From Moniliella sp. 'wahieum' (Eukaryota): a stretch of 64,000 nt of DNA. This document shows, piece after piece, positions 50,109-61,948 of this stretch. The notes under the pieces are model-generated. The model had not been told where the DNA came from. It was given only the letters and a program-made list of their open reading frames with translations, and searched no databases. The stretch lies in assembly GCA_003971905.1 (NCBI GenBank), contig RSEE01000011.1:806001-870000 (forward strand), in the 5' to 3' direction. Each line of letters starts with the position of its first letter. Positions within the stretch are counted from its first letter, which is position 1. The position numbers and the translations under genes are program-made.

Positions 50109-52563
50109 TCACAGGGACTGCACCAGCGCTGCCAGGACAGCAATGCAGAGGAACAAAAACACGGCCGCGTTGAGCAAGTTCCAAAACCAATTGTTGGCAA
50201 ACGTGGTATACTCGTCCTGAGGTGCGCGCGGCTGTTCCTGTGTCGGGTCCGGCTTGGCCTGCTCAATCAAGGGGGCAGACCCTGAGGAAAGCACGTCGCG
50301 CGACGACCGCCTTTCGCCCTCCCATCCCACTTTGTCTCCGTCTCCGTCCAAGAGAGTAGCAGTAGGTGTCGTAGCCGCCAACGTAGCAGCAGGCATGTTG
50401 GGGAGCTGACTGAGGTCTGTAGCTGTCGCTGCAGGCCAGGTCGGCTGGTCCAATCCCAGTTTCAGTTCCTCCGGAGTGGGCAGGATGGTATCCTTACCCT
50501 TTTCATTGAGGGACTGGTCAGCCGTCGTGGTTCCCACCGCTGTGAGGGTAGTAGCGAGGTGAACGAACTGTCGTGGTGATCGGAGCGGACGCGCATGATG
50601 CGCTTGAGCGCCGTGAGGATGATGAGGGGCAACATGAGGAAGGGGAGGCAAACGGATAAAATGACTTGGGACGCGCAGCAAGGAGTTCAGTCCGTCTTCC
50701 CCTACTGCGATGCACACAGCCAAGCTGGGCACCATGGCAATCAACCGAGAAGCAAGCGACGGGTAAACGGGTGCACTTTCCATCGAATAAATCCTTCCGA
50801 GACAATCTGCCCAGCCAAAGTGACCGTCACCGACGCCGCTTCGGCCGAAGCGAAGCGCAATGGAAAACACAATCGCCGATCCTTTGCCGAGGTAAGATCG
50901 AAGCAAATTGTATGCATCCTGCAACGATCCCACCTCCTTGCCTCGTTCCACTCCGCCAGCACCGGTCGAGTTGTAGTAAAATGCCGCACCGGCCACAATG
51001 AGGATCAGTGAGTTGATGGTAAGCGCCATGACGAGCAGCGACAGCACAATATCCGCCGTCGCGTGGGGCAGGTGAATGCGAATCAGATGGACAGGCAATG
51101 GAGATCGAGGGGCTGTCGAGTCGGCTACTTGGTCACTCGGAACGGGACGGACCAGCTTGCCCAACCCTTTGGCCCAGCGTTGCGTGAGCGAGCGGCCGGC
51201 CGGATCGGGTCGCGGCCAGACCCAATAAAGCTTCTGTCGCAGTTTGAGCAGCCACCGTTTGGCCCAGGACGCATGGACGTATTCCACGTTGCTCTCCAGC
51301 TCGTTGGCGGCCGGGTGCGGGCGGATGGGCTGTTCCAAGCGGTTGGCCGTACTGAACTTGCTGCCCAGAAAGAGGGAATGGGGCATGACGGTAGCTCCGA
51401 TGATCCCGACGGACAAGTAAAGCGAGCGGGACTCAATCAGGGTTGCCGACGGCACAAATCCATAAAATACCTCGCCCCAGGCAGGATGGACTTGGTGCAC
51501 CAGCACGCAAAAGCAGATCAAGGTCACCAGCATGAGCAGACCAATGAATGCTTCAAACACACGTGTGCTCTTTTCGGGCGAATAGGCCATCAAGATCAAC
51601 AGTACATCGGCCGTTGTGATCAACACGCCACCCCAAAGTGGTACCTGGGGGATAATCAAGTTGATGGCGATCGCACTGCCGGTCAACTCGGCCAGTTCAG
51701 TGGCAATGATGGACACCTCGGCAATGGCGTACAACGACCAAAGCAGCACCCGTTTCCAAATGTACCAGCCTTTCTCTTGCCGCGTTGTCAGTTCGCGGTA
51801 GCTGCGAGGATCAATCTTGCCCGACAGGCCGCCCAGAATCAAGCGGCGAGACGCCTGGGCCAGGTCCATGCCGGTCACGATCCCCAGCGCACACACAGCG
51901 ACTGCAGCAAAATCCCAATCAGACTCGAGAGAAGAATGGCAAACAGCAGCTTGTACCCCGTAGCCGAGCCCGAGGACAAGTTGGCAGCCCAATTACCTGG
52001 AAGAAAAAAAGAAACTGGTCAGAACGCAAGACCACACGGGCTAAGGCTGAAACAGAGTATTGGGTCGATGGCGCACTCACCTGGATCTGCGTATGCCTGG
52101 AGAAAAAGAACACAAAATGGTGAGTGAGCGTCCGGGGGGAGGAGGGAGGGGGGGAGGATTGGTCACAAGAAGAAATACGTACCGTGGCAGAAAGCATGCC
52201 GGGGCCCACAAAGAGCCAATGGCGCTTGAGGACGCGGGTGGACTTTTTGAACCATCGACGCAGTCTAGACTGAGTGGGGGCGGCGTCACAGGTCCGGCAC
52301 GCGGGGCCAAAGGCTAATTGGGGCAGGCCAGAGGACGATGTTTGCCGGGGCTGGGCGGGATCGGAACCGGGATCGGTACCGGGATCGGGAGGATGGCGGT
52401 GGGGTTTATTTTGAAGAATGGAGGTGGTGTTGGGTGGGCTGGGGTGGGCGGCAGCGTGGACGGGCGGAGGGCTGACGTCGTCGTCGTCGGGGGAGGAGGG
52501 GGAGGGGCGGAAGAAGACGAGGCCGCGTGCCTTGCGGCGTGCGGATGCCATGGCAAGGTTCAT
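50109..52563 (-). CDS. Nramp/SMF-family divalent metal transporter
   Basis: FVGPGML, then AYADPG|NW assembled across introns 52097-52182 and 51997-52080; LGIVTGMDLA, IIATELAE, IIGATVMPHSLFLGS, TLAGQIVSEGFIRW. Confidence 0.93.
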
Positions 52564-53351
52564 GGTCAGCCGACGGCAAGAGGAGGCAGTGGGAAGCGCC
52601 TGCGGTGGATTGACGGAAGGATCGACAGAAGAGGGATCGGGTGACCAGTGCAGGCCGTCTGGGAGGTGCAGTCAGGCAGCCCAAACGTCCGCAGTTGGTG
52701 GAGGCAACCAGAGCGATGGAGGCGACGGAGAGCGTCATGGAGCTAGGCTTGGCCTGGCTTGGCACTTTGACCAGAAGGCTGCCGTTGAATTGACTATTGG
52801 TGACCCCAGTGACCAGCGTGACAATTGCACCCCAAAATGATTCACAGCGCCTGTTTCGCCTCGCCTCTGGGCAGACAGACAGCCGATCTGGTCCAATTGA
52901 CACTGCCCTTGTGCCCAGATGTGAGACAAGCGCCTCGGTTGCCGCTTGCCCCACCCGGCCATCCCCGACCACTGCCTCGCCTGCCGTGTCGAGGCGGATC
53001 GAGGGAGATCGATGGGCTGGTCCGCTATCGCCGCAGCCGGGGGATCCCGAGCGCCCCGAGCGTCGCTCAGCTTCCCTTGCGCGTCCCATCCCATCTGGCC
53101 CTTGCTCCTGTCCCACTCCTCCCGCCCTCTTGCCTCCCCCGCTTGGGCCTCTTTGACCTCCACATCGCCGCTCGCAACAGCCTGGCTTAATTAATTCGGC
53201 AAGAGAAGGGGGGGGGCTACGGCCGCGCAGGATGCAAGTGCATGTCACACGTTAATTTTTTTTACGCAAGCGGGGCTGGCCACATTCCTCCATCGATACC
53301 ACACTTGGTAGCTTTACTAGTTACTAGTTACTAGTTACTAGTTATTAGCTA

Positions 53352-53642
53352 CTAGAAGACCACCGGGCCTACGGCCCGGTCAGCTGGGGCTTCGCCCCAG
53401 CTGTGCTGCGTCGCCACCTTAGCCACCGGTCCGCCTTCGCCACCGTAGCCACCGTTCCCCCCCATCGTCACCTTAGCCACCGGTCCACCGTCGCCATCGT
53501 AGCCTCCATTCCACGCTGGAGGAATTTTATCACCCATGTGCATGGCTGAGCACGCGGGGGTGGGGTGCGCATTCCGCCCGCGCAAACAAATAGGTAAGCA
53601 TGACGTAAAGAAAAAAGGGGGGTCTGCGATATAAAAGGGAGA
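53352..53642 (-). mobile_element. Possible small non-autonomous Helitron-like element
   Basis: Minus strand ends in a perfect hairpin ACCGGGCC-GTA-GGCCCGGT, a 6-nt spacer and CTAG|T; internal duplication; tentative 5' TC end at 53642. Confidence 0.35.
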
Positions 53643-54283
53643 CTAGCAGCACCCAACTGAGACGAAGAAGACCCTCCCGGGCCCAGAGCAGACCTAGTAC
53701 CTAGGAGAATTGACCTCAGAGGGAGTGCTAGAATAGGAAGCCCAACGGGGAAAGGAATGTGCAAATAAGGGCCAGGGTAGGCCAGGATGGGAAGGAGGTA
53801 CAAAGCGACGTTGTGATGGTAGGTACAAACAAAGATATGGTGGTGGTATGTACAATCAGATCGACAGATCTCAGATCGATCAGAAGAAGGCGGGGCGGGC
53901 GGCGGTGAAGGAAGGCGGAAGACGGGAGACGGGAGGCCGAAGACGGGAGATGGGGAGAGCAGTCCCATCGGGGACGAACTAGCCGACACGGAGAAAGGCG
54001 AACGACAGTGGGAGGTAAGGATTCATCGGTACGAGTGAGGCTCGAGGGAGGCGGAGGAGGTGGGAAGAAAGTTCATGCCCCCGTCTCCGTGGAGCAAAAA
54101 ACCCGAGAAAGGAGCGGATGCATAGATAAGAAAGCCAAAGTCAAAGTGAGCACAATGACGAACCGACGCCATCCCCACCAGAGCCGGTAGCCTAACCCCG
54201 GGGGGGGGAGGGCAGAGGGAGCGATAGCAACGCCAGCAAGACCAACGCGAGCGAGAACGGAACCTTGCACCACACCCTTGACA

Positions 54284-57128
54284 CTACACGGTGAACGCCG
54301 CCCGGTTCTCAAACCCGTTCCGGCCTAAGCGCCAATCTTGAATGGTCATGGCGCGTTCGGTGGGACAGGTGAGGATGAACTGCTCCTCAGCCAACATGCG
54401 CTCGTACTGCGCTCGAAGGGGACACTGCGGTACTTCCTTCTCCTTCTCCTTCTCCCTCTCCTCTCCATGGGGGCGGGTACAGGTACGGGCAGGCGATGAT
54501 GAGGCGGTAGAGGTGCGCGAAGCAGAGGCAGAGCAGAGGCAGAGAGAGAGACGGTGCACTCGCCCGGCCGACCGGCAGCGACGGTAGTGGATCGGGGGGA
54601 GGGCCAACAAACTGTCTGGTCCGGAGGGGTAGGACGGGCAGTAAATATGATTGCGCGAACGGGTTTGGCCTCGTTGCCACCGCAGGTGCCACCGCCGGAA
54701 CCACCGCCAGGTGGGGGGGCATGGTTGATCCACACGCCCTGGGGAGTAAGGTGGGCGGGACCGGTGTGCCAGCAGGGTCCGTCGTCGGCACGGGGTGCAA
54801 CAGGAGCGTAACATGTTTCCCATACACGGGCAACTCGGTACGGTTTGCCTTGGCCTGCGGGGCGTCGCCGATGGAGATCAGGCCTGGGCCGAGGGTGTAC
54901 ACACAGGCTGCGCGGTCGGGCGGGATGGGCAGGAAGTACCGTCCGCCCGGGGCGAGGGCGAGGTCAAACAACGAGAACGCGGGTGGCGGGGACGGGGGGT
55001 GCACTGAGCCAAGGGAGAGGTAGCGGTGGCGGTGGCGGTGGCAGTGGCGGTGGGGTGGTGTAGTGGTAGCGTGCTTCGCGGCTGCCGAACCCAACACCCG
55101 ACTGGACGCATTGCAACCCACATCGCACACGACCTTGACGGACCAACCGGAACCTTGCACCGCTTCGCTCACCCCGGGCCGAGGACGAAGCAGCAGCATG
55201 CTGGCATTACATTTCGCCTCCTCCTCCTGGGCCTCGGAGGCGGGTGGCGCATCGCAAATGGGCTCTGCGGCAAACGGGGAGGAACAAGGCAAGTCGGCCG
55301 TGGCAGGGAACGGTCTAACCGATTGAACAGCAGCCCGCTCGGCTCGGAAAATTTGGCCCAGCGGGGAATGTCGAGCCAAATGCGCACGCCAGACACGTAG
55401 CGGTAATCTTCCATCTTGCGTGGCTTCGTGGACGCGCATGGCTCACCGAGGTAGGAGGCAGAGTGTGCTGCGGTCCCCCCGACTGCCGGACGAGCAAGGT
55501 GAGTCGTTGGGGCAAAGCGCAGCCAACTTGGCCTTAAGACCTTGGCGCAGCGTAAGGGATGGTGTGACACACAGCGGGGAGCGTAATGGCGGTTGTGGCG
55601 CCACTTGGGTCGAAGGGGGAGGTGGGAAGACAGCTTTGAGCGTATAGATCAGACCGCGTCCCATGGACAAGCACAAACCATTGCCCCTACGCAACATGGT
55701 GTGGGTCAAGGGCCACGGTTTCTCTTTCTCTTCCTCGGCAGGGGGAGGCGCAAGCGAGGGACAAGCACTTTTTCGTGAATCCACACATTCCATCGAGCCA
55801 GTGAAGAGGTAAATCAGCATCATGAACCCACGCGCCGGGGTGGTAGGGAACGCCGTGACCGTTTCCCCCGTCCTGGGGGGAGGCATTGTCGTGTCTTGGT
55901 TGGGGGTGCCGGCCTCAGGGGGGGGCACAAGGCAGGATTGGGAATCATAAAGTGTTCGATCCGCAAAAAGGGAGAGTGAATCAACGGTTCAGCTGGTGGG
56001 GTAAGGATCGAGTGGGAACTCTTGTCGTTCCCATGGGACGGGACAGAGGGGGCACCAAGGTCCAACTTGTTCATGCTTGCCTCAATGTCCAAGTCGGCCT
56101 GGGCGTCAAAAGCAGAACGCACCATGACAGGCACTTTAGTTTTCGGTTGTCGGCGCAGGTCCGTCAGCAGTACATCGATGGGGACAGCTGGACCAGGCAT
56201 CCGTGTTGACAACCACAGATTTGAGTGCCCGCCACACTGTGCGCGACGGTGGCGAAGCAACACTCTTCTCGGTGGTCCGTGCTGGGCCAGCGTCAGAGCT
56301 AACGGGGTCAGTTGCCTCGCAGTCCATATCCACATCGGTCATGCTAGCAGAGGAAGAGGCACCGCGGGCCGCGGACATGGTAGATGTCCCAGCGCTGCAG
56401 GGGTTCTGAAACCGGGCCGAAGCAGAGTGGGCGGGAACAGGGCGGGTCGGCAGGGGGAGGGATACGGAGGACATGGGTGGACTTGGTTGCAACAGAAAGG
56501 GATCGAGGGGGGCGGATGGTGGTGGGTCGGGGCACAGCGTACGACAGAGGCCAAATTCGCGCCGCGACTTGGTACATGTCTTTTGGTGCGCGCCCGCCGG
56601 GGCCGGAGGAAGGGGACTGGTGGAGCGCTCGGACAGCGGTGGCCTGTCGAACTGTAGAAGCAGACGCTTGGGAGGGGGCGAGGGAGGAGAGGGAGCCCGA
56701 GAGGACCATGCTGGACCAGCTGGCAGACTGGACCAAATGCTTGCGCTTGGATCCACAATCGGGCACCGGGGTCTCCGTGGAGGCCACAGTGTGAAGGTCG
56801 GTCGTGGGCGGACCATCGGCCGGTACAGTGGTGGTAGCGATGGCACTGGCGCTGGTAGAGCTAGTGCTGTGGAGGCACTAGAGGGACCGCGACGACCTAA
56901 GGAGAGGAGTTTGTTGTATGCGCCTTGGATGAGGCAGGCGGAATGGGAGCCTGAGACGGAGGAGGGCGGGGGCTGGGCTGGTGGCGGGTCGGGGTTGGGG
57001 TCGGGTGCGCGCGCGGGGGGGGGCGCCGGGCATGGTGGCAGAGGCAGGAGCAGGGGGGAGCAGGAGGAAGGGGTGGCGGTGGTGGTGGTGGAGAGAGAGA
57101 TGGGAGTGACGGCAGAGGCGGTGGCCAT
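54284..57128 (-). CDS. Pirin-like bicupin lacking metal ligands, with long Pro/Ser-rich insertions
   Basis: VRSAF, SPFLRIEHF, AFPTTPARGFMMLIYLFTGSM, MGRGLIYTL, GVRIWLDIP, VKVV, FDLALAPG, ACVYTLG, QFILT, IQDWRLGRNGFE follow the pirin motif order. Confidence 0.75.
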
Positions 57129-57830
57129 GGAAAGGAAAAGCGGAGCGGAGGGCCGGCTGAGGTGGAGACCTGTGGAGACTGTCGGCGACAAGCGGCGAGC
57201 GGCAAAAGGAGACCGCCGGACGTAAGAAAGCAGGGCCCGGAAGTGATGACGCCGGGAGTGCGGTGTCTCGGCCGCTCGCCTCCATCACGTGTCACACTAC
57301 CGTACATCACACAGCTGTCACATCCGGCGCACCCAGCATCGAGCACATTTTTACACCCGGATACTGGCGCTGTGCGGGAGCATGCGTTGGGCACGCCTTG
57401 CGCTGCGGCGGCAGCTGCAAGGGCCGACACAGCTCACAGGCCGGAGTAGGCCGAGCAGGTTGCTGGCTGTCGACTCTATGTCCGGTGCGCATCCAGCCGG
57501 ATCCTCTTCCATGGCAGAGCTACCGCGGATGTGCTCTGGGTTAACCCTCTCACCTCTCCGTCCACTGCGATCAGCGAGCCAACCGGAGCGCAGAGCACAG
57601 CACTGTCCATCGCAGTCCCCATCGGCATCGCGCCATCGCACAGGGACTAGTGAGCCAAGCATATAGGAATCTGATTGTCCACCTGGGGAAGAAAGGGGGA
57701 TAGATTTCATGTGCAGGGTGCAGCGAGCAAGGACAAGGACAAGGACAAGGACAAGGACAAGGGAAGACAATTACGGGAGGCGGAGCGTGTCCCCTTGCCC
57801 CATTGCCCATTGCCCATGGACAGTCTCCCA

Positions 57831-60800
57831 TTACCAACCTTTCCAAATAGACGCCGATACCGCATCCTCCTCTCCTTGCCCGCGCCTTGGCCGAGACCTC
57901 CGGGTAATTTTGCGGTGCACGGTGCAGAGGTAATCGACATAATTCATCGCGTCGTTATTGACGTCCTCGACGAGTTGGCTGGCAAACTCCACTTCGGCAC
58001 CGTCGCGGCCGTGCCGCGCGACGAGCAGCGGGAGCGCCTTCTTGCCCCGCTGCTGCGCAAAGCACCGGAGCAAGTGCGTGTCTGTTGCGACAAGCGCGAG
58101 GGTAGGATGGGCACTTGGGTCGCACGTGCGTCCACCTCGTCCAGACTTTGCACCCCCCATAATCTTCCAATAGCCGGGGCTGTGCTTCGGCCCCGATCCA
58201 GAGCACGGCCATCTCGCCATTGTCCAGCAAGTACGCGCCGTGCGCATCGAGCCGAGCAAAGGAGGGCCGGACCAAGGCGGGGATCTTGATGCGCCACCCT
58301 TGGTGCTCGACACCCTGGTCGTCCAACACCTTGATCGGGAACCCATCGGCTTCGGTCATCTTGTGCAGCGCCACCATGCGCGGGTAGAGAAGGGTCATGA
58401 TGCCTCCCACCGACAGGGACAAGATGGACCGCATCGAGACTGCGCGTACGTCCGATGTCACGTTGCCGCCCTTGAGCGCTTTGGTCTTGAGCATGCCCAG
58501 CGTGTAGAGCGGTAAGAGCTTGAACGATTCGGGCAGGATCAGTTGGCCTGGCGAGGTGGCGGAAGCGCAGTGCACGCGGTACGACAAGAGGATCTGGACC
58601 GTCTTGTTGGTCAGGTACTGCCGCACTTGTTTCAATGGCTTGGTGATCGCCATCACGATGGCTTCCTTGGCGTAGTACGCCACGACAGCGTCCATGTGCG
58701 CGTAGCGGAACACGTTGCCCAGTTGGTTGGTGATGGGCACAGCGAGGTTGAGGCAGCGCACGCGGCGCTGGCCCGAGGCCGTGGTGTAGAGCATGGCACA
58801 TTGGAAATGAGCCTCCTGCTTGTCGTCCAGCTTGCCGTCGTGCTTGATCAGACAGGTAATCGTCTTGTCTGCATCCACCGTGCCAGCCTCAATATCCGTC
58901 ACGTTGTGCTGGCTAAAGTTGCCGAGGTAGTCCTTGATGTACAGGCCATTGCTCGCGCGCACGCGGAGCGAGACGTTGTACCCCGTCTCGCGCAAGAGGG
59001 TACGTTGCAACTGGGCGTGCAAGCGCAGCGTGTCCCGGTGCGCGTCAAACCGAGGGTGGAAAAAGACCTCGCCGCCCGTCAGACCGGAAAGCGTGCCAAT
59101 CGACGCCACGTCAATGTACTGCGCAGGGAAGAAGAACACGTCCACGCCCACGCCTGCATCCGCCAACTCTTCCCCCGTCGTCCGCCAAAACGGGTCGGCC
59201 GTGACAAAGAGTTTCTTTTCGTCGGGCGTGCCGTACAGCTTGGTATCTTCGCGGTGCTTGAGCTTGCCCGGACCCAAGGTCGGGATGGTAGAGAGGAAAA
59301 TGCTCAGTTTACCACCGACAGCCGCCAACGACGCTTGGGCCGCCAACACAGCCGAACCAAGACACGCTTCGGCCACCATCGACTCGGCAAAGTAGTCAGG
59401 AAGTTGGGTCAGCAGCGTCTCGATCGCCTTGCGACTCTCCCAGGGGTCTACCAACAGCCCTTCGGACAAGGGCACAAACGGCTCATCCACATCCCCAATC
59501 ACCAACATCTGCGCCGCCTCCAACGTCGGATGCAAGTTCCAAAAGTGCAGCGCGCGATCAAACGTCAAGATGGCCACTTTGCTCCCGTGGGGCAGACCGA
59601 ACCCAGCAGCGGCCGAATCGGGGGGCTTGCTGGTCTCCTCGCCCTCTTCCGTCTTGGGGTCCGACGGAGGGCCGTACAGGCACTCCCGAATTCCATCCAC
59701 CGCCGCCTTGAGCGCACCAGAGCGAACGGCCGAGAAGGAGACATCCAATGCGAAAAAGTAATTCATGGGCTTGGGAACACGCACGACCGTACGCGGACCT
59801 TGTCCGTCTCCGCCAAGGGCGAACGAATTGAGGTTGCTCAGGGCGCCCGAGGCAGTTTTGGTAGCGGCCTTGGCCGCGGCACCAGCCTGGCCCGACATGC
59901 CCAGTGTGGTCCCCGTGGCTTCCTTAGGCTCCGACCCTGGAAGCTGGGCCGACGAGCTAGCGGGCGGAGGCAGGTCGGGGACGGGCAAAAGCGAGTCGGA
60001 CGGACGCTTGGCTTGGATCGCCCAGTACTCAGCAGGCACTTCAAAGTCCACTGCGCCGCATTGCAACTCGGGGCGCATGTCAATATCGGCGCGCCGACCG
60101 TTCATATCAAGGTTGCAGAAGTACTCTGGCGGCACCTCGGACCCTTGGCCACAGAGGTTGCATACCATCTTCTGCCCTCCCTCAATAAAGACAAACCAAG
60201 GGTTGACGTACGCCCGGCACCGCTTGCATCGCGGCGGCCCTTTCTCCGTACAGGCAATGACCGGCACCGCCGACTCGTCCTGCCGCAGTTGGGCCAACGG
60301 CTGCACCACCAGAGCAAGGGGGAACTTGGCCTGGGTGGCCAGCTCGTCTGTGGCAGGGACATTATAAGTGGACAAGCGCATAAACTTGGGATTCGCATTC
60401 CCTTGGTCCACCGCCGCGAAATCCGTCGTTGAAAGAGGCAACATGGTGCGGGAGCAAGTGCCAAACCATTCCTTGTCGAAAAACTCTTGATCTTCATCGT
60501 GTGTGCCGACGGGCGCCGGGATCATGTCCGGGTTGATCTTCGGACGCGGAGCCTGCGCCACCCCAGCTGGGCCCGCCATACCCGAGGATCCGTTCAGGTC
60601 AGGGTGGTAGTTAGGCCCGCCAGCAACGGCAGCTTGGTTGTAGGCGGCGTGGCGCTGCGAGATGAGATTTTTCTCCCCGGGTAGTTGGTCCATGGCTGCA
60701 TCCGACTCGCCTGCCAACCAAGCTTCAAGTCCGCTGGCAGCCGCACGGGCAGCAGCTTCCTGTTGCCAAGCCTGGCCCGCCGATGGGGCACCCGCTGCCG

Positions 60801-61948
60801 CTGCGGCTGCGGCTGCAGCGGCAGAAGGGGGCATCGGTGCACCATTCGCCCCCCCTTGAACCGGCGGGGTAGCATCGGTATGGTAAGCACGAGCAGCACG
60901 CTTGGTCTTGTGAGGACCCGCCTGGCTATTAAGATCAATGCCTGCCACACCAATGTCAATGCTTTGCATCGCGTGGTGGCCCTTGCGGGTTGGCGCGCTC
61001 GGGCGCAGCGCCGGGTTGCGCACCGGGTGGGATGATGGGCGCAGGAGGAAGAGCAGCACCGGGGTCCGGCCCCATTTCGTTGCGGTGAAGCAGCGCCAGA
61101 TGGAGGGGCCATCGGCCTGGGGCCCGTACCAGCCGAGGCGACATAACAGGGCGAGTTGGAGTGCCAGAGCCGGGGGGATGGCCTGGGCCCATAACAGCCG
61201 GAGGCGACATAACAGGGCGAGTTGGAGTGCCAGAACCGGGAACTTGGCCTGGACCTGGTCCCGGGCCAGGACGAGCGGCAGGGAACAAGGGAGAGCGGGA
61301 GCCAGGCGGAGGCGCAGGCCCCCGCGCGCCAGCTGCAAAGGGAGGAGGGGCCATCCGAGCATGCTGGGGACTGTTGGTGGCCCCGGGCGGCGCTGCCGAC
61401 GCGGGCCTGCCAAGCGGGGCAGCCGAAGGCGGACGAACAAGTGGGTTAGTCGAAGGAGGGCGGACAGGTGCTCCTGGCGGCGCAGCGCTGGCAGGACGGG
61501 CAAAGGGAGCGCCAGCGGCCGAAGGTGGCCGGGGGGCGAGCATGGGGTTGGCCGAGGGCGGACGCGGATGCGGATGGGGCTGGGGTTGGTGCGCGGCGTT
61601 TGGCGGCAAGGGAGCGCCGGCTGGGCGCATCATCGGCGATCGTGATGCCGGGGGCATCGGCAAACGTGCACCTGGCGGCACAGGCGACCGGGCGCCGGGA
61701 GGGGCAGGGGAGCGGGTTCCGGCCGCAGCGCCAGCGGGCATGAGGCGGGGGCCGGGCTGCTGGTGGGGGTGGGGGGGCGGATGAGGATGCGGGCCAGGCG
61801 CACCAGATGCGCCAGGCGCACGAGGAGCACCGGGTGGAGCGGGGCTGGCGCGGATGGTGGGCGGCGGGGGCCGAGCAAAGGGAGGGGCTCTGGAGACGGG
61901 GTCAGCGGGGGCGGGGGAGACAGGAGGGAGATGACACGCACGCTGCAT
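57831..61948 (-). CDS. SEC24: COPII coat subunit Sec24 (Sec24C/Sfb3-type)
   Basis: Pro-rich N-terminus; DQGNANPKFMRLS; zinc finger PPRCKRCRAYVNP..CNLC; trunk FALDVS; LRVRASNGL; GQRRVRCLNL; GQLILPESFKLLPLY; gelsolin YLLDNG; YVDYLCTVHRKI. Confidence 0.95.

Noticed and set aside
58543..60432. Long antisense ORFs (629 aa here; also 14491-15609, 37211-38200, 51063-52127)
   Set aside because: Shadow ORFs opposite GC-biased coding genes, with no motifs.
61113..61233. Imperfect duplication of about 66 bp (GAGGCGACATAACAGGGCGAGTTGGAGTGCCAGA)
   Set aside because: A coding repeat (PGSGTPTRPVMSP twice) within the Pro-rich SEC24 N-terminus; ordinary.
396..61948. Frameshifts in nearly every gene, suggesting mass pseudogenisation or programmed frameshifting
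   Set aside because: They affect essential genes (RLI1, RPB9, RPL16, SEC24), a tRNA stem and the LTR pair alike, and are mostly 1-bp indels without in-frame stop substitutions. This is typical of unpolished long-read error.
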